From an uncultured Chloroflexia bacterium (GTDB lineage Bacteria; Chloroflexota; Limnocylindria; Limnocylindrales; CSP1-4): 64,000 nucleotides of DNA. The position numbers and the translations under genes were made by a program. The stretch lies in assembly GCA_963768655.1 (NCBI GenBank), contig CAVYIM010000004.1:192001-256000 (forward strand). The letters are read 5' to 3'. Within the stretch, counting starts at the first letter, position 1. Each line of letters opens with the position of its first letter. Below are positions 30,002-39,189 of the stretch, piece after piece. The notes under the pieces are model-generated. The model was not told the origin of the DNA, searched no databases, and was given only the letters and a program-made list of their open reading frames with translations.

Positions 30002-31576
30002 TCAGCCCGCGGATTCGCCGCGGCGCCGCACCACCGTCGAGGTCGCCAGGTCCGCGTAGGCGCCGTATGCCTGGTCGTAAGAGGAACGCGTCATGGCCGA
30101 GGGCTCGATCGGCGGATCGGGCCTGACGCAGCGGGCGATCGCCTCGTCCACGGTCCGATAGACTCCGGCCCCCAGCCCGGCCAGCATGGCCACTCCGGTG
30201 CCGGCGGCGTCGCCGGGGATGGGCCGGACCGGGAGCCCCGTGACGTCCGCCTTGATCCGATTCCAAGTCGCCAGCCGCGTGTCGCCGCCCGACACGCGCA
30301 GCTCCGTTACGGGGGCGCCTGCCCGGCGGAGCAGCTCCAGCTGACCGCGGATCGCGAAAGCCGCGCCCTCCAGCATCGCCCGCGCCAGAACGGCGCGGCC
30401 GTGCCGCTGCGAGATCCCCGTGAAGGCGGCTCGCAAGTCGGCGTCGGTGCGCTCGCCGTCGCCCAGCACGGGCAGCGCGATCACTCCGTCGGCGCCCGCG
30501 GGGACGGACGCCGCCTCCGCGTCGAGAGCCATGTAGTCGTGCCCGGTGGCATGAGCGGAGCGCCCGCCGTACAGCAGATCGGCCAGCCAGGCCACGGCCG
30601 CGCCGGTCGTGTTGATCCCAGTCTCCGTCGTGAAGAGCCCTGGGATCACGTGCGGGTAGTGGGTGATGAGCAATTCGGTGAGCGGCTCGGGGACGACCGA
30701 ATTCAGGCAAGTGGAGGAGCCGGCCATCTCGCTGACCGGCCCCGGCTCCACGACGCCGGCCCCAAGAGCGCAGGCCTGCGAGTCGGCGCCGCCCAGGATG
30801 ACCGGCATCGGTCGTGCCAGTCTGAACCGCTTGACGAGCGCGGGTCGCAGCTCCCCGATCACTTCGCTGGAGCGCCGGATCGGCGGGAGCGCGGCCGGGT
30901 CGATCGCCAGCGCCGCCAGCATCTCCGTGCTCCACTCGCCCGCACGCAGGTCGTAGAGCAGGGTCGCCGCGGCGTGAGTGCCGTCCGTGGCGGCGACTCC
31001 GGTGAGAGCCTGGGCCGCCAGATCGCGCGGCTGGAGGAACAGCGGGTCCCTCGCCCACATCTCCGGCCGGTGGAGGCGCAGCCACATCATCTTCGGAGCG
31101 ATGTGGAAGGCAGCGGGCAGGTGCCCCGTGAGCAAGTGGACCCGCTCGTCGCCAAAGCGTTCGCGGATCTCGGCCGCCTCGGCCGTGGCGCGGTTGTCGC
31201 GGTACATCAACCCGGGTCCGAGCGGCACGCCGTTGCGATCTACCGGCACGACGGACGGGCACTGGCCGGTCAGCCCGATGGCGAGTATCCGGACGTTGCC
31301 GCTGGCGCCCCCACGGGCGCCTCCACGGGCCCCGGCCGCGCGGCCCGCATCCGTCGCCCCATCGCCATTCAGCCGCCTTATCGCCTCGCCCAGCGCCCCA
31401 AGGGCGGCCGACCGCCAGAGCGCGGCGTCCTGCTCGGCCCAGCCCGGCGCCGGAGTGATGATGGGGTAGCCGCGGCGGACCTCGAGCAGCAGGTGTCCGT
31501 CCAGGTCGAATGCCAGGGCGCGCGCGCCTGAGGTTCCGACGTCGATCGCCAGCAGAACCTCGCCCGGAGCGGACAT
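30002..31576 (-). CDS. FGGY-family carbohydrate kinase (xylulokinase-like)
   Basis: AIDVGTSG, PGWAEQD, GGADSQA, GER, VSGG. Confidence 0.9.
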   Translation of the reverse strand: MSAPGEVLLAIDVGTSGARALAFDLDGHLLLEVRRGYPIITPAPGWAEQDAALWRSAALGALGEAIRRLNGDGATDAGRAAGARGGARGGASGNVRILAIGLTGQCPSVVPVDRNGVPLGPGLMYRDNRATAEAAEIRERFGDERVHLLTGHLPAAFHIAPKMMWLRLHRPEMWARDPLFLQPRDLAAQALTGVAATDGTHAAATLLYDLRAGEWSTEMLAALAIDPAALPPIRRSSEVIGELRPALVKRFRLARPMPVILGGADSQACALGAGVVEPGPVSEMAGSSTCLNSVVPEPLTELLITHYPHVIPGLFTTETGINTTGAAVAWLADLLYGGRSAHATGHDYMALDAEAASVPAGADGVIALPVLGDGERTDADLRAAFTGISQRHGRAVLARAMLEGAAFAIRGQLELLRRAGAPVTELRVSGGDTRLATWNRIKADVTGLPVRPIPGDAAGTGVAMLAGLGAGVYRTVDEAIARCVRPDPPIEPSAMTRSSYDQAYGAYADLATSTVVRRRGESAG

Positions 31577-31577
31577 C

Positions 31578-32531
31578 TCACCCTCGTACGAGCTGGTGGG
31601 CCGAGACCTTGTCCTTCTCCAGCGTGATCAGTGCGCCGTTCAGCGTCCCGGTCGAGTAGTCGCTGCCGGGATTGATGGCGATCGTCCGACCCAGGCGCCG
31701 GATCCCCGACGCTTCGTGGATGTGGCCGTGCAGACCAAGGAGCGGCTGGCGAGCGGTCAACAGGTCGCATACCGCCGTGCTCCCGACCGGCGCCATCTTG
31801 ACCTGGCCCAGGACCTGCTGGACCTGCAGGTTCTCGTCCAGCACCGGAGCGTCGTCGAGCTGGGTGTCGAAGGGTGGGACGTGAACGTTGACGATCGCCT
31901 GCTCCGGGCGGGTCAGCTGACTGGCCAGCCCATCCAGCGAGATCGTCAACTCGGGCTCGCTCTGCTCGCGGTAGCTATGCCAGGGCGTGATGTTCGAGAA
32001 GCCCCAGCTCATCATCTCGTGGTTGTCGTCGAGCCAGATGACCTTGCCGTCATCGTGCTGGCCCCACGGGGCGGAGTCGAGCAACTCCGCCAGGGGCGGC
32101 GGGTCATCGTTGCCGAGCATGAAGAAGAGGCGCTTGCCGGTGGGTCGCAGACGCTCGTCGGCGAGCGTCAGCCAGCCTTCGAGGCGCCGGCGCATGAGTT
32201 GCAGGAATAGCTCGTCGAGTGTGCCCGACGCTTTGCGCGCCTCGAGCTCGCCCGGTTCGGCGCGATAGGGGTAGTAGCCGTGATCTTCGATGAGTTTCTC
32301 GAGGGCAGCCAGCTCCGGCCCGTCTTCGAGCTCGTAGTTGGTGCCGATGAAGCTGCAGCTGAACTTGCCGCCCGGCCCGCGCACCAGCGTCTGGATCGCC
32401 TTGCCGGCAAGATCGCCGCCCAGGACCATGACGTCGGCGCCGTAGACGGGACCGGCGTTGATGAACTTGCGGAAGCACTTCGACGACCCGTGGAGATCGG
32501 TCACGAAGTAGAGCCGCGTCTTGCCCGCCAT
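31578..32531 (-). CDS. Calcineurin-like (Icc-related) metallophosphoesterase
   Basis: DLHGS, GGDLAGK, GNDD, HVPP, HGHIHE, NPGS. Confidence 0.85.
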   Translation of the reverse strand: MAGKTRLYFVTDLHGSSKCFRKFINAGPVYGADVMVLGGDLAGKAIQTLVRGPGGKFSCSFIGTNYELEDGPELAALEKLIEDHGYYPYRAEPGELEARKASGTLDELFLQLMRRRLEGWLTLADERLRPTGKRLFFMLGNDDPPPLAELLDSAPWGQHDDGKVIWLDDNHEMMSWGFSNITPWHSYREQSEPELTISLDGLASQLTRPEQAIVNVHVPPFDTQLDDAPVLDENLQVQQVLGQVKMAPVGSTAVCDLLTARQPLLGLHGHIHEASGIRRLGRTIAINPGSDYSTGTLNGALITLEKDKVSAHQLVRG

Positions 32532-32542
32532 CTTGGTGGCCG

Positions 32543-33358
32543 TCAGGCGCCGGCCGAGGCGCGGACCCGGCGGACGGCGTCCATCAGGCGGTTAGCGCGA
32601 TCGGGATCGACGGCGTTCCAGGTGATGCCGTCCACCTTGAGGCCTGTGCCGACGATCGCCCCGTCGGCGACCTTGAGGATCTCCGGGATCCGATCCACGG
32701 TGACGCCCGTGTTGGCTATGACGGGCGTCTCCGGAGCCGCCTCTTTGGCCGCGATCAGGTCGCCCATGGCCATCGGGCTGCCGGCCGCCCAGCCGCTGAT
32801 TAGGATCGCGTCCATGCCCATGAACGCGGCGCCCCGGGCCCGATCGGCCACGCTCCGTGTCCCCAGAGGGCTGCTGAACTCGGGCGAGATGTTGTCGAAG
32901 AGGGCCACGTTCGTGGCACCGATGGCGGTTCGATAGCCGGCGATCTCGCCGATGCTCGGCGCGATCATGCCCAGGTCCGACTCGTAGACACCGGTCAGCA
33001 CCTCGCGGATGAACGAAGCGCCGGTGGCACGGGCGACCGCCAGGGTGGCAATGGGGTCCCAGAGCAGGTTGACGCCGAAGGGGACGCGAATGCGCTCGCG
33101 CAGCCGGCCGACGGTCGCCGCCATCGCCGTCGCGATCTCCACGTCCACCTTGACCTGATAGGGGTAGTCCTTCTCATTGCAGAAGAGCACGCCGTCGACG
33201 CCGGCTTCCTGCAGGGCGTCGAGATCGCGCGCCACCGGAGCCAGGATGGCGTCCGGCCCACCCTCGACGTCATGAAGAGGACGTCCCGGCAGACCGGGCA
33301 GATGAAGCATCGCGACGATCGGCTTCTGGACGCCGAAGATGCGGTCCAGGCTGCTCAT
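32543..33358 (-). CDS. BtpA/SgcQ family protein
   Basis: AMLHLPGLPG.P, CNEKDYPY, GVNLLWD, ANTGV, IVGTGLK.DG. Confidence 0.88.
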   Translation of the reverse strand: MSSLDRIFGVQKPIVAMLHLPGLPGRPLHDVEGGPDAILAPVARDLDALQEAGVDGVLFCNEKDYPYQVKVDVEIATAMAATVGRLRERIRVPFGVNLLWDPIATLAVARATGASFIREVLTGVYESDLGMIAPSIGEIAGYRTAIGATNVALFDNISPEFSSPLGTRSVADRARGAAFMGMDAILISGWAAGSPMAMGDLIAAKEAAPETPVIANTGVTVDRIPEILKVADGAIVGTGLKVDGITWNAVDPDRANRLMDAVRRVRASAGA

Positions 33359-33365
33359 GCTGATC

Positions 33366-34175
33366 TCAAGCCTCCGTTGCCTCTTCCTGTTCCGTCCGCC
33401 GGCGGTCCCCGGCGACTGCGACAACGACCGTCATGCCCAGGGACCGAAGCGCGTCCAGCGGCTCGGCCGGAGCGGAGGCGTCGGTAACGAGGGTGTGAAT
33501 GCTCTGGGCCGGCGCGACCATGGCGCTGGCCGCCTGCCCGATCTTCGACCCGTCGGCGATCACCATCAGCCGCTCGCTTCTCTCGATCGCGACCCGGTGG
33601 ATCTCGGCCTCCTCGTCGTTGAGGTCGGTCAAGCCCCAGCGCGCGGTCAATCCGGCGGTGCCCAGAACGGCCAGGTCGAAGCGGTACCGCTCCAGCGTGG
33701 CGCGAGCGGCGGGACCGACGCAGCTCAACTCGTCGCGCCTGACGTCGCCTCCCAGGACCACGGCGCGCGAGGGGCGCGTACCCATCAGACCGGCGATCGG
33801 CAGTGAGCCGGTCACGACGGTCAGATCGGCCCAGGCCGGGAGATACCGCGCGAAATGCTCGGCGGTGGTGCCGATGCCGACATAGATCAGGCGCGCATCC
33901 CCGATGAGGTCGACCGCGGTTAGGGCGATGAGCCGTTTCTCGCGGGCGTTGGCCAGGGCGCGGGCGTTGAAGGCCACATCCAGGGAGCGGGTGAGGTGGG
34001 CCGTGGCTCCGCCGTAGGTGCGGCGCAGGAAGCCGTCGTGCTCCAGGCGCGTTATGTCGCGCCGGATCGTCATCTCCGAGCAACGGTACTCCCGCGCGAG
34101 ATCCGCGACCTGGATCGACTCGCCGTCCGCGACTCGCTCCAGGATCTTCAGGCGGCGGTCGGTGGCTAGTGGCAT
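33366..34175 (-). CDS. DeoR/GlpR family transcriptional regulator
   Basis: SEMTIRRDI HTH, RTYGGA, EKRLIA, GTT, ADGSKIG. Confidence 0.92.
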   Translation of the reverse strand: MPLATDRRLKILERVADGESIQVADLAREYRCSEMTIRRDITRLEHDGFLRRTYGGATAHLTRSLDVAFNARALANAREKRLIALTAVDLIGDARLIYVGIGTTAEHFARYLPAWADLTVVTGSLPIAGLMGTRPSRAVVLGGDVRRDELSCVGPAARATLERYRFDLAVLGTAGLTARWGLTDLNDEEAEIHRVAIERSERLMVIADGSKIGQAASAMVAPAQSIHTLVTDASAPAEPLDALRSLGMTVVVAVAGDRRRTEQEEATEA

Positions 34176-34250
34176 GGGGGAGTCTTCCAGGCTTGGGGCC
34201 TTCCCGCCCCGACGAAGGCACTCACACACTCGAACATTGCGAATGATGAT

Positions 34251-34297
34251 ATCGCACATAACTTGATTGACGCTAGGTGTGCGATTGTGTTTACTAT
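34251..34297. promoter_or_regulatory. Divergent promoter region with candidate DeoR operator
   Basis: Inverted repeat ATCGCACA (34251) / TGTGCGAT (34278) flanks TTGACG (34267); TACTAT at 34292. Confidence 0.55.
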
Positions 34298-34405
34298 CCC
34301 GTGGGCCGAATGACTGTCAAGCGGCGGACCCCGCTGTGAGGCCCGGGCAACAGCCCCTCCTCGGCCGGAGTAGCGGTCCTCGGCAGGACCGCCAGGAGGT
34401 GACGA

Positions 34406-36022
34406 GTGGCAGGAGGAAGTCAGCTCTTCGTCCGCCAGAGCACGGGTCTGGTGCGAGAGGCCAACGCCCTCGACGCGACGATCTTCAACGCCGTGTTCTC
34501 GGCGCCTGTCGGCGCCACGTTGGCCTGGGGAGTCTTCTTCGCCCTATCGGCTTTTCCGGGCTCCGACCTGGTCTGGGCGACGATCATCTCCTTCATCATC
34601 AACATCCCCGTGCTGCTGATGATGGCGCTGCTGGCGTCGAGCATGCCGCGCACGGGCGGTGACTACGTCTGGGTGAGCCGGATTCTCTCCCCGCCGCTGG
34701 CTCTCGTCTCCAACTTCGGGGCGGCGCTGTCGGCCACGATCGGGGCCACGTTTTGGGCCCGTTACTTCCCGGTCTACGCGCTCGGCCCGATTCTGGCGAC
34801 CCTGGGCATCACCTTCAGCAACCACACTCTGATCGACTGGGGCAACAGCTTCCAGACGGACACTCACTGGGTCTTCGTCGGGGCCATGGTCATGGTCGTC
34901 CTGATGGGTGCGATCCTGATCGCCGGCCTGCGGACGACGTTCCGCTGGCAGAACGCGTTCTGGATCATCGCCTCCGCCGGCACGTTCCTGGCCTTCATCG
35001 TGCTGGTCTTCGGCAGCCACACCGACTTCGTCAACAACTTCAACTCGGTCAGCGCCACGTACGGTAGCCCCAGCGCCTCAACCCTCATCGCCAACGCCGG
35101 GGTCACTCCCGGTTCCGGGCCGGACGCGGGCAACATGAACGCAACTCTGCCGTCCGTCTTCGTAATCATGACCTTCATGATGTGGAACTGGTGGTCGGTG
35201 TACCTGAGCGGCGAGCTCAAGAGCGCCGCCAACCGCGCCCGCCAGCTGACCATCATGTTCGGGGCGCTCGCCTGGGACGTGATCTTCATCGTCGTCGGCG
35301 TGATGCTCCTCTTCAAGGTGACCGGCTACGACTTCATGGTCGCGGTCAACTCGGCCACCTCCGGCTACCTGGTCCCGACAGGGCCCTGGTACCACTTCCT
35401 GGCGGCGCTGGTGTACAACGCGCCGATCCTGACCTTCCTGATCGTCGGGTCGTTCCTCTTCTGGAGCCTCCCGGCCATGGTCGGCAACACCTACATGCCG
35501 ATCCGGTCGTGGTTCGCCTGGTCCTTCGATCGGCTGCTTCCTGAGAAGCTGTCCGAGGTCAACGAGCGGACCCACTCGCCGGTTTGGGCGATCCTGTTCG
35601 AGATGGCGCTGGTCACCGTGATGCTCATCTGGAGCATCATCAGCACCACGTTCGGCACCTGGCTCGCGCTCGGCGTGCTGGCGGGTGTCGTCTGCGTCGT
35701 CATAGTCGGCTTCGCGGCGATCGCCTTCCCATTCCGCCGGCCGGACCTGTACCAGGCCTCTCCGGCGAACTGGAAGGTGGCCGGTATTCCGGTCCTGTTC
35801 GTCGTCGCTCCGCTCTCCATCGTCGTGATGTGCTTCCTGACCTGGTGCACGCTGGCCTACCCGGCACTGGCGATCGGCACAACGGCCAACTACTGGTGGG
35901 TCCCGGCCTTCATGGGCATGATCGTGGTGGTCGGACTCGTGGTGTTCTACGTCTCCAAGCTCGTCAGACGACGGCAAGGGATCGACATCGACCTCGTCTA
36001 CAAGGAACTCCCGCCGGAGTGA
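34406..36022 (+). CDS. APC-superfamily permease
   Basis: LFVRQSTGLVRE, MPRTGGDYVWVSR, FAWSFDRLLP, C-terminal YKELPPE; many TM segments. Confidence 0.88.
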   Translation: MAGGSQLFVRQSTGLVREANALDATIFNAVFSAPVGATLAWGVFFALSAFPGSDLVWATIISFIINIPVLLMMALLASSMPRTGGDYVWVSRILSPPLALVSNFGAALSATIGATFWARYFPVYALGPILATLGITFSNHTLIDWGNSFQTDTHWVFVGAMVMVVLMGAILIAGLRTTFRWQNAFWIIASAGTFLAFIVLVFGSHTDFVNNFNSVSATYGSPSASTLIANAGVTPGSGPDAGNMNATLPSVFVIMTFMMWNWWSVYLSGELKSAANRARQLTIMFGALAWDVIFIVVGVMLLFKVTGYDFMVAVNSATSGYLVPTGPWYHFLAALVYNAPILTFLIVGSFLFWSLPAMVGNTYMPIRSWFAWSFDRLLPEKLSEVNERTHSPVWAILFEMALVTVMLIWSIISTTFGTWLALGVLAGVVCVVIVGFAAIAFPFRRPDLYQASPANWKVAGIPVLFVVAPLSIVVMCFLTWCTLAYPALAIGTTANYWWVPAFMGMIVVVGLVVFYVSKLVRRRQGIDIDLVYKELPPE

Positions 36023-36128
36023 TCCCCCCACTCCGCAGTACGCAGCGGCCCCGGCTGCAAGGTCGGGGCCGCTGCTGTTACTCTCGGATCTGCATACATC
36101 CCGCGACTCGACCCCTGGAGCGCTGCTC

Positions 36129-36887
36129 GTGCCCGACAACCCGCCGATCCTGTCCGACATCCGGGCCGAGGCACAGCGTCTGGCCGCGCTTGCCGTCGCG
36201 GAGAAGGTCCCGATGCGGCTCATGGGCGGCCTGGCCGTCTGGCTCCGCTCCGAGTCGGTCCGAAAGCCGCCCTTCGCCCGCGACTACGCGGACATGGACT
36301 TCGCCGCGACCTCAAAGGGGCGCGCGGCACTGAAGTGCTTCCTCGAGGATCAGGGCTACGTCCCCGAGAAGCTCTTCAACGCCATCCACGGTGCGCAGCG
36401 GCTCAACTACGCCGAACCCAACGGCCGCTGGACGATGGACATCCTGATCGACGAGCTGGCGATGAGCCATCGCCTGGACCTGCGGGATCGGCTCGACGGC
36501 CCGCAACCCACGATCCCGCTGGCGGACCTGGTCCTGACCAAGCTGCAGATCTGGGAGATCAACCGAAAGGATCTCGGCGACGTGCTTTGCCTGCTGGCCG
36601 ACCATCCGCTCGGCCAGGATGGCGACGGTGTGATCGGGCTGGACAGGATCGGAGCGGTGCTGGGGGCGAACTGGGGCTTCTGCCACACGGCCGAACGCAA
36701 CCTGGCCAAGGTGGCGGAGCTGTGGGCCGCCGAGCCCGCAGACGGGGCTCCATTCGATGTCGCGCGCCAGGTCGAGATGATCGTGGCGGCCATCTCGGCC
36801 GCGCCCAAGTCGATGGGGTGGAAGACGCGCGCCCGGATCGGGGAGCGGCTGCGCTGGTACGAGACGCCCGAAGAGGTCCAGCACTAG
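36129..36887 (+). CDS. Nucleotidyltransferase-fold protein of unknown function
   Basis: LMGGLAV...DMDF (hGG..DxD), DLVLTKLQI, KDLGD. Confidence 0.7.
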   Translation: MPDNPPILSDIRAEAQRLAALAVAEKVPMRLMGGLAVWLRSESVRKPPFARDYADMDFAATSKGRAALKCFLEDQGYVPEKLFNAIHGAQRLNYAEPNGRWTMDILIDELAMSHRLDLRDRLDGPQPTIPLADLVLTKLQIWEINRKDLGDVLCLLADHPLGQDGDGVIGLDRIGAVLGANWGFCHTAERNLAKVAELWAAEPADGAPFDVARQVEMIVAAISAAPKSMGWKTRARIGERLRWYETPEEVQH

Positions 36888-36955
36888 CCTGGGGACCGCG
36901 GCGCAGGGAGTGCCCGGTGCCGCGAGCCGCCGGCGGCGCGCCACCCCCCCGCTCG

Positions 36956-37810
36956 TCACCGGAATGCGGCCAGCACCTCCCGGCCGAGGACCTCGATGGA
37001 GCGCGTTGAGACGGGACCGGGCCAGGCGTCGAGGACGATCCGATCGACCCCCGCCAGAGCGTAGCCCGAGAAGAGCCGCCGCTGCTCGGACGGAGTGGCG
37101 CGGGCGATGTCCCCGTCCCAGGCCAGCATCGCCGAGCGGCGGATCGTCGCCGGGTCCCGACTCACGTCGCGGCAGGCGTTGGACAACCGCTCGAAGACGT
37201 CGAGGCAGCGGTCGGGGCTCGGGTTGTCCAGGTTCAGCTCTTCCGCGTACAGCGCCGCCAACCGAACCAGCCTGGGCTTGCCGTAGCCGCCGACGACGAT
37301 GGGCGGATGGGGCTTCTGCACCGGCTTGGGCTCGCACACCGCATTCGCCAGCCGGTAGTGGCGTCCGTGGAAGCTGAAGAGGGGTTTCGTCCAGAGCCCG
37401 ATCAGGATCTGCAGCTGCTCCTCGAGCATCTCGAACCGTTCCGTCATCGACGGAAAGGGGATCCCGAAGCGTTCGTGCTCCGCGTCGTACCAGCCGGCGC
37501 CGATCCCCAGGTCGACGCGTCCGTCGCTTATCTCGTCGACGGTCGTGACCGCCTTCGCGAGCGCGACGGGCAGACGGAAGGTGACGGGGCTGACCATCGT
37601 CCCGAGGCGGATGTGGGTCGTGTCCCGGGCCAGCGCGGCGAGCGACGTCCAGGCGTCGGTGGCGTGCGCCGACCAGTCGCCCTTGAGCGACAGCCAGTGG
37701 TCCGATCGGACGAACGACTCGAACCCGGCTGATTCTGCCGCCTGAGCCAGGTCGCGCATGCGCGAGTAGGGCAGGCCTTCCTGCGGATCGACCATGAAAG
37801 CGAAGCGCAT
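36956..37810 (-). CDS. LLM-class (probably F420-dependent) oxidoreductase
   Basis: SDHW, DAWTSLAALAR, LGTMVSPVTFR, GRVDLGIGAGW, PKPVQ.PHPP. Confidence 0.9.
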   Translation of the reverse strand: MRFAFMVDPQEGLPYSRMRDLAQAAESAGFESFVRSDHWLSLKGDWSAHATDAWTSLAALARDTTHIRLGTMVSPVTFRLPVALAKAVTTVDEISDGRVDLGIGAGWYDAEHERFGIPFPSMTERFEMLEEQLQILIGLWTKPLFSFHGRHYRLANAVCEPKPVQKPHPPIVVGGYGKPRLVRLAALYAEELNLDNPSPDRCLDVFERLSNACRDVSRDPATIRRSAMLAWDGDIARATPSEQRRLFSGYALAGVDRIVLDAWPGPVSTRSIEVLGREVLAAFR

Positions 37811-37909
37811 CGGTCGACTCCAAACGCACCCTGGGCGCGGCGTTCGAGCGCGCCCGATCAATTCTGCACCGGCTCGTCGTGGATCGGCCGTCGATGTCCC
37901 GCGCCACAC

Positions 37910-37997
37910 GCCGGGCCGGCGCCACAGGCCGGGCCGGCGCCACAGGCCGGGCCGGCGCCACAGGCCGGGCCGGCGCCACAGGCCGGGCCGGCGCCAC
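37910..37997. repeat. Intergenic 18-bp tandem repeat (~5 copies)
   Basis: gccgggccggcgccacag repeated head to tail without spacers. Confidence 0.92.
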
Positions 37998-38131
37998 CGG
38001 GGCGGTCAGGGGAAGCGGCCAGGGGTAGCGAAGAGAGCCTGACGGCGGAGCGAACCGAAGGTAGGATCGAACCCGCACACGCGGCCCACCCGACCGCGCC
38101 AGAGACGCCCCAGCTTTTCGGGAGGCAGAAC

Positions 38132-38716
38132 GTGGCGGAGTTGAAGATCGAGCCGGCCAGGACTGCGCTCGTTGTCATCGACCTCCAGCGCGGGATCGTG
38201 TCCATGCCCGCCGCGCCGCATCCCCCAGCGGAAGTCGTGGCCCGAGCCGCGGAGCTCGCGAAGGCAACGCGGGCCGCCGGGGGCACGGTCGTCCTCGTCC
38301 ACATCACTCGCTCGCCAGACGGCAAGGACGGTCTCAGGCCGACCACCGATACGCCGCCGGCCTGGGCCGGTGGCCGCTCGCTCCCGCCGGATTGGTCGGA
38401 GATCGCCCCGGAGCTCGGCCCGGAGACCAACGACATCGTCATCGGCAAGCACCAGTGGGGCGCCTTCTACGGCACCGACCTGGATCTCCAGCTGCGCCGC
38501 CGGGGCATCGACACGATTGTCCTGTGCGGTATCGCGACCAACGTCGGGGTCGAGAGCACGGCCCGCGACGCCTACGAGCGCGGCTACGATCAGATCTTCG
38601 TGGAGGACGCCACGTCGGCCCGCGACCCGGAAGAGCATCGCCATACCGTGCTGACACTGTTCCCTCGGATCGGCCGAGTCCGATCGACCGCGGAAGTCAT
38701 CGCGGCCATCGTGTAG
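38132..38716 (+). CDS. Isochorismatase-family hydrolase
   Basis: ALVVIDLQ, K.QWGAFYGTDL, GIATNVGVESTAR. Confidence 0.9.
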   Translation: MAELKIEPARTALVVIDLQRGIVSMPAAPHPPAEVVARAAELAKATRAAGGTVVLVHITRSPDGKDGLRPTTDTPPAWAGGRSLPPDWSEIAPELGPETNDIVIGKHQWGAFYGTDLDLQLRRRGIDTIVLCGIATNVGVESTARDAYERGYDQIFVEDATSARDPEEHRHTVLTLFPRIGRVRSTAEVIAAIV

Positions 38717-38820
38717 CCAACGGCCCTTCTTACACAGCGCTTACATCGAGGCCGTGGGCGATCGGCCCTGGGCCGCCCATCATTGATCGTGTCCACTCGA
38801 CGTGGCCCACCGGAGAACTA

Positions 38821-39165
38821 GTGCAAACACGAGACCGGGTCCGAGCCGTTGGGTTCGCGGCAGCCGCGCTGCTTCTCGGCGCGGCCGTGATCGCGTGTGG
38901 CCCGCGCTCGGCAGCCGGCGCGAGCCCGACCAATGGACCGTCGGCGACCTCGGGCGTGGCCTCGCCGGGTGCCTCGTCCACGGAGCTGACCACCGCCTCG
39001 CCGAGTTCGAGCGCCTCCGCTTCGGCTTCGGCTTCCGCCTCCGCCTCCGGCCCAACGGCGCCGGCCACTCCGGATCCCGTGGCCAGCGAGCTGGACCAGA
39101 TCAATCAGCTCATCAACGAGCTCAACAACTCGATCTCGGATTCGTCCCAACAGGGCGGCGAGTAG
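38821..39165 (+). CDS. Putative lipoprotein with Ser/Ala-rich linker and short C-terminal helix
   Basis: Lipobox-like VIAC; SASASA linker; DPVASELDQINQLINELNN. Confidence 0.6.
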   Translation: MQTRDRVRAVGFAAAALLLGAAVIACGPRSAAGASPTNGPSATSGVASPGASSTELTTASPSSSASASASASASASGPTAPATPDPVASELDQINQLINELNNSISDSSQQGGE

Positions 39166-39189
39166 GCCGCCACGTCAAAGGAACTGCTC

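Noticed and set aside
37910-37997. Possible CRISPR array
   Set aside because: Repeats are contiguous 18-mers with no spacers, and no cas genes are present
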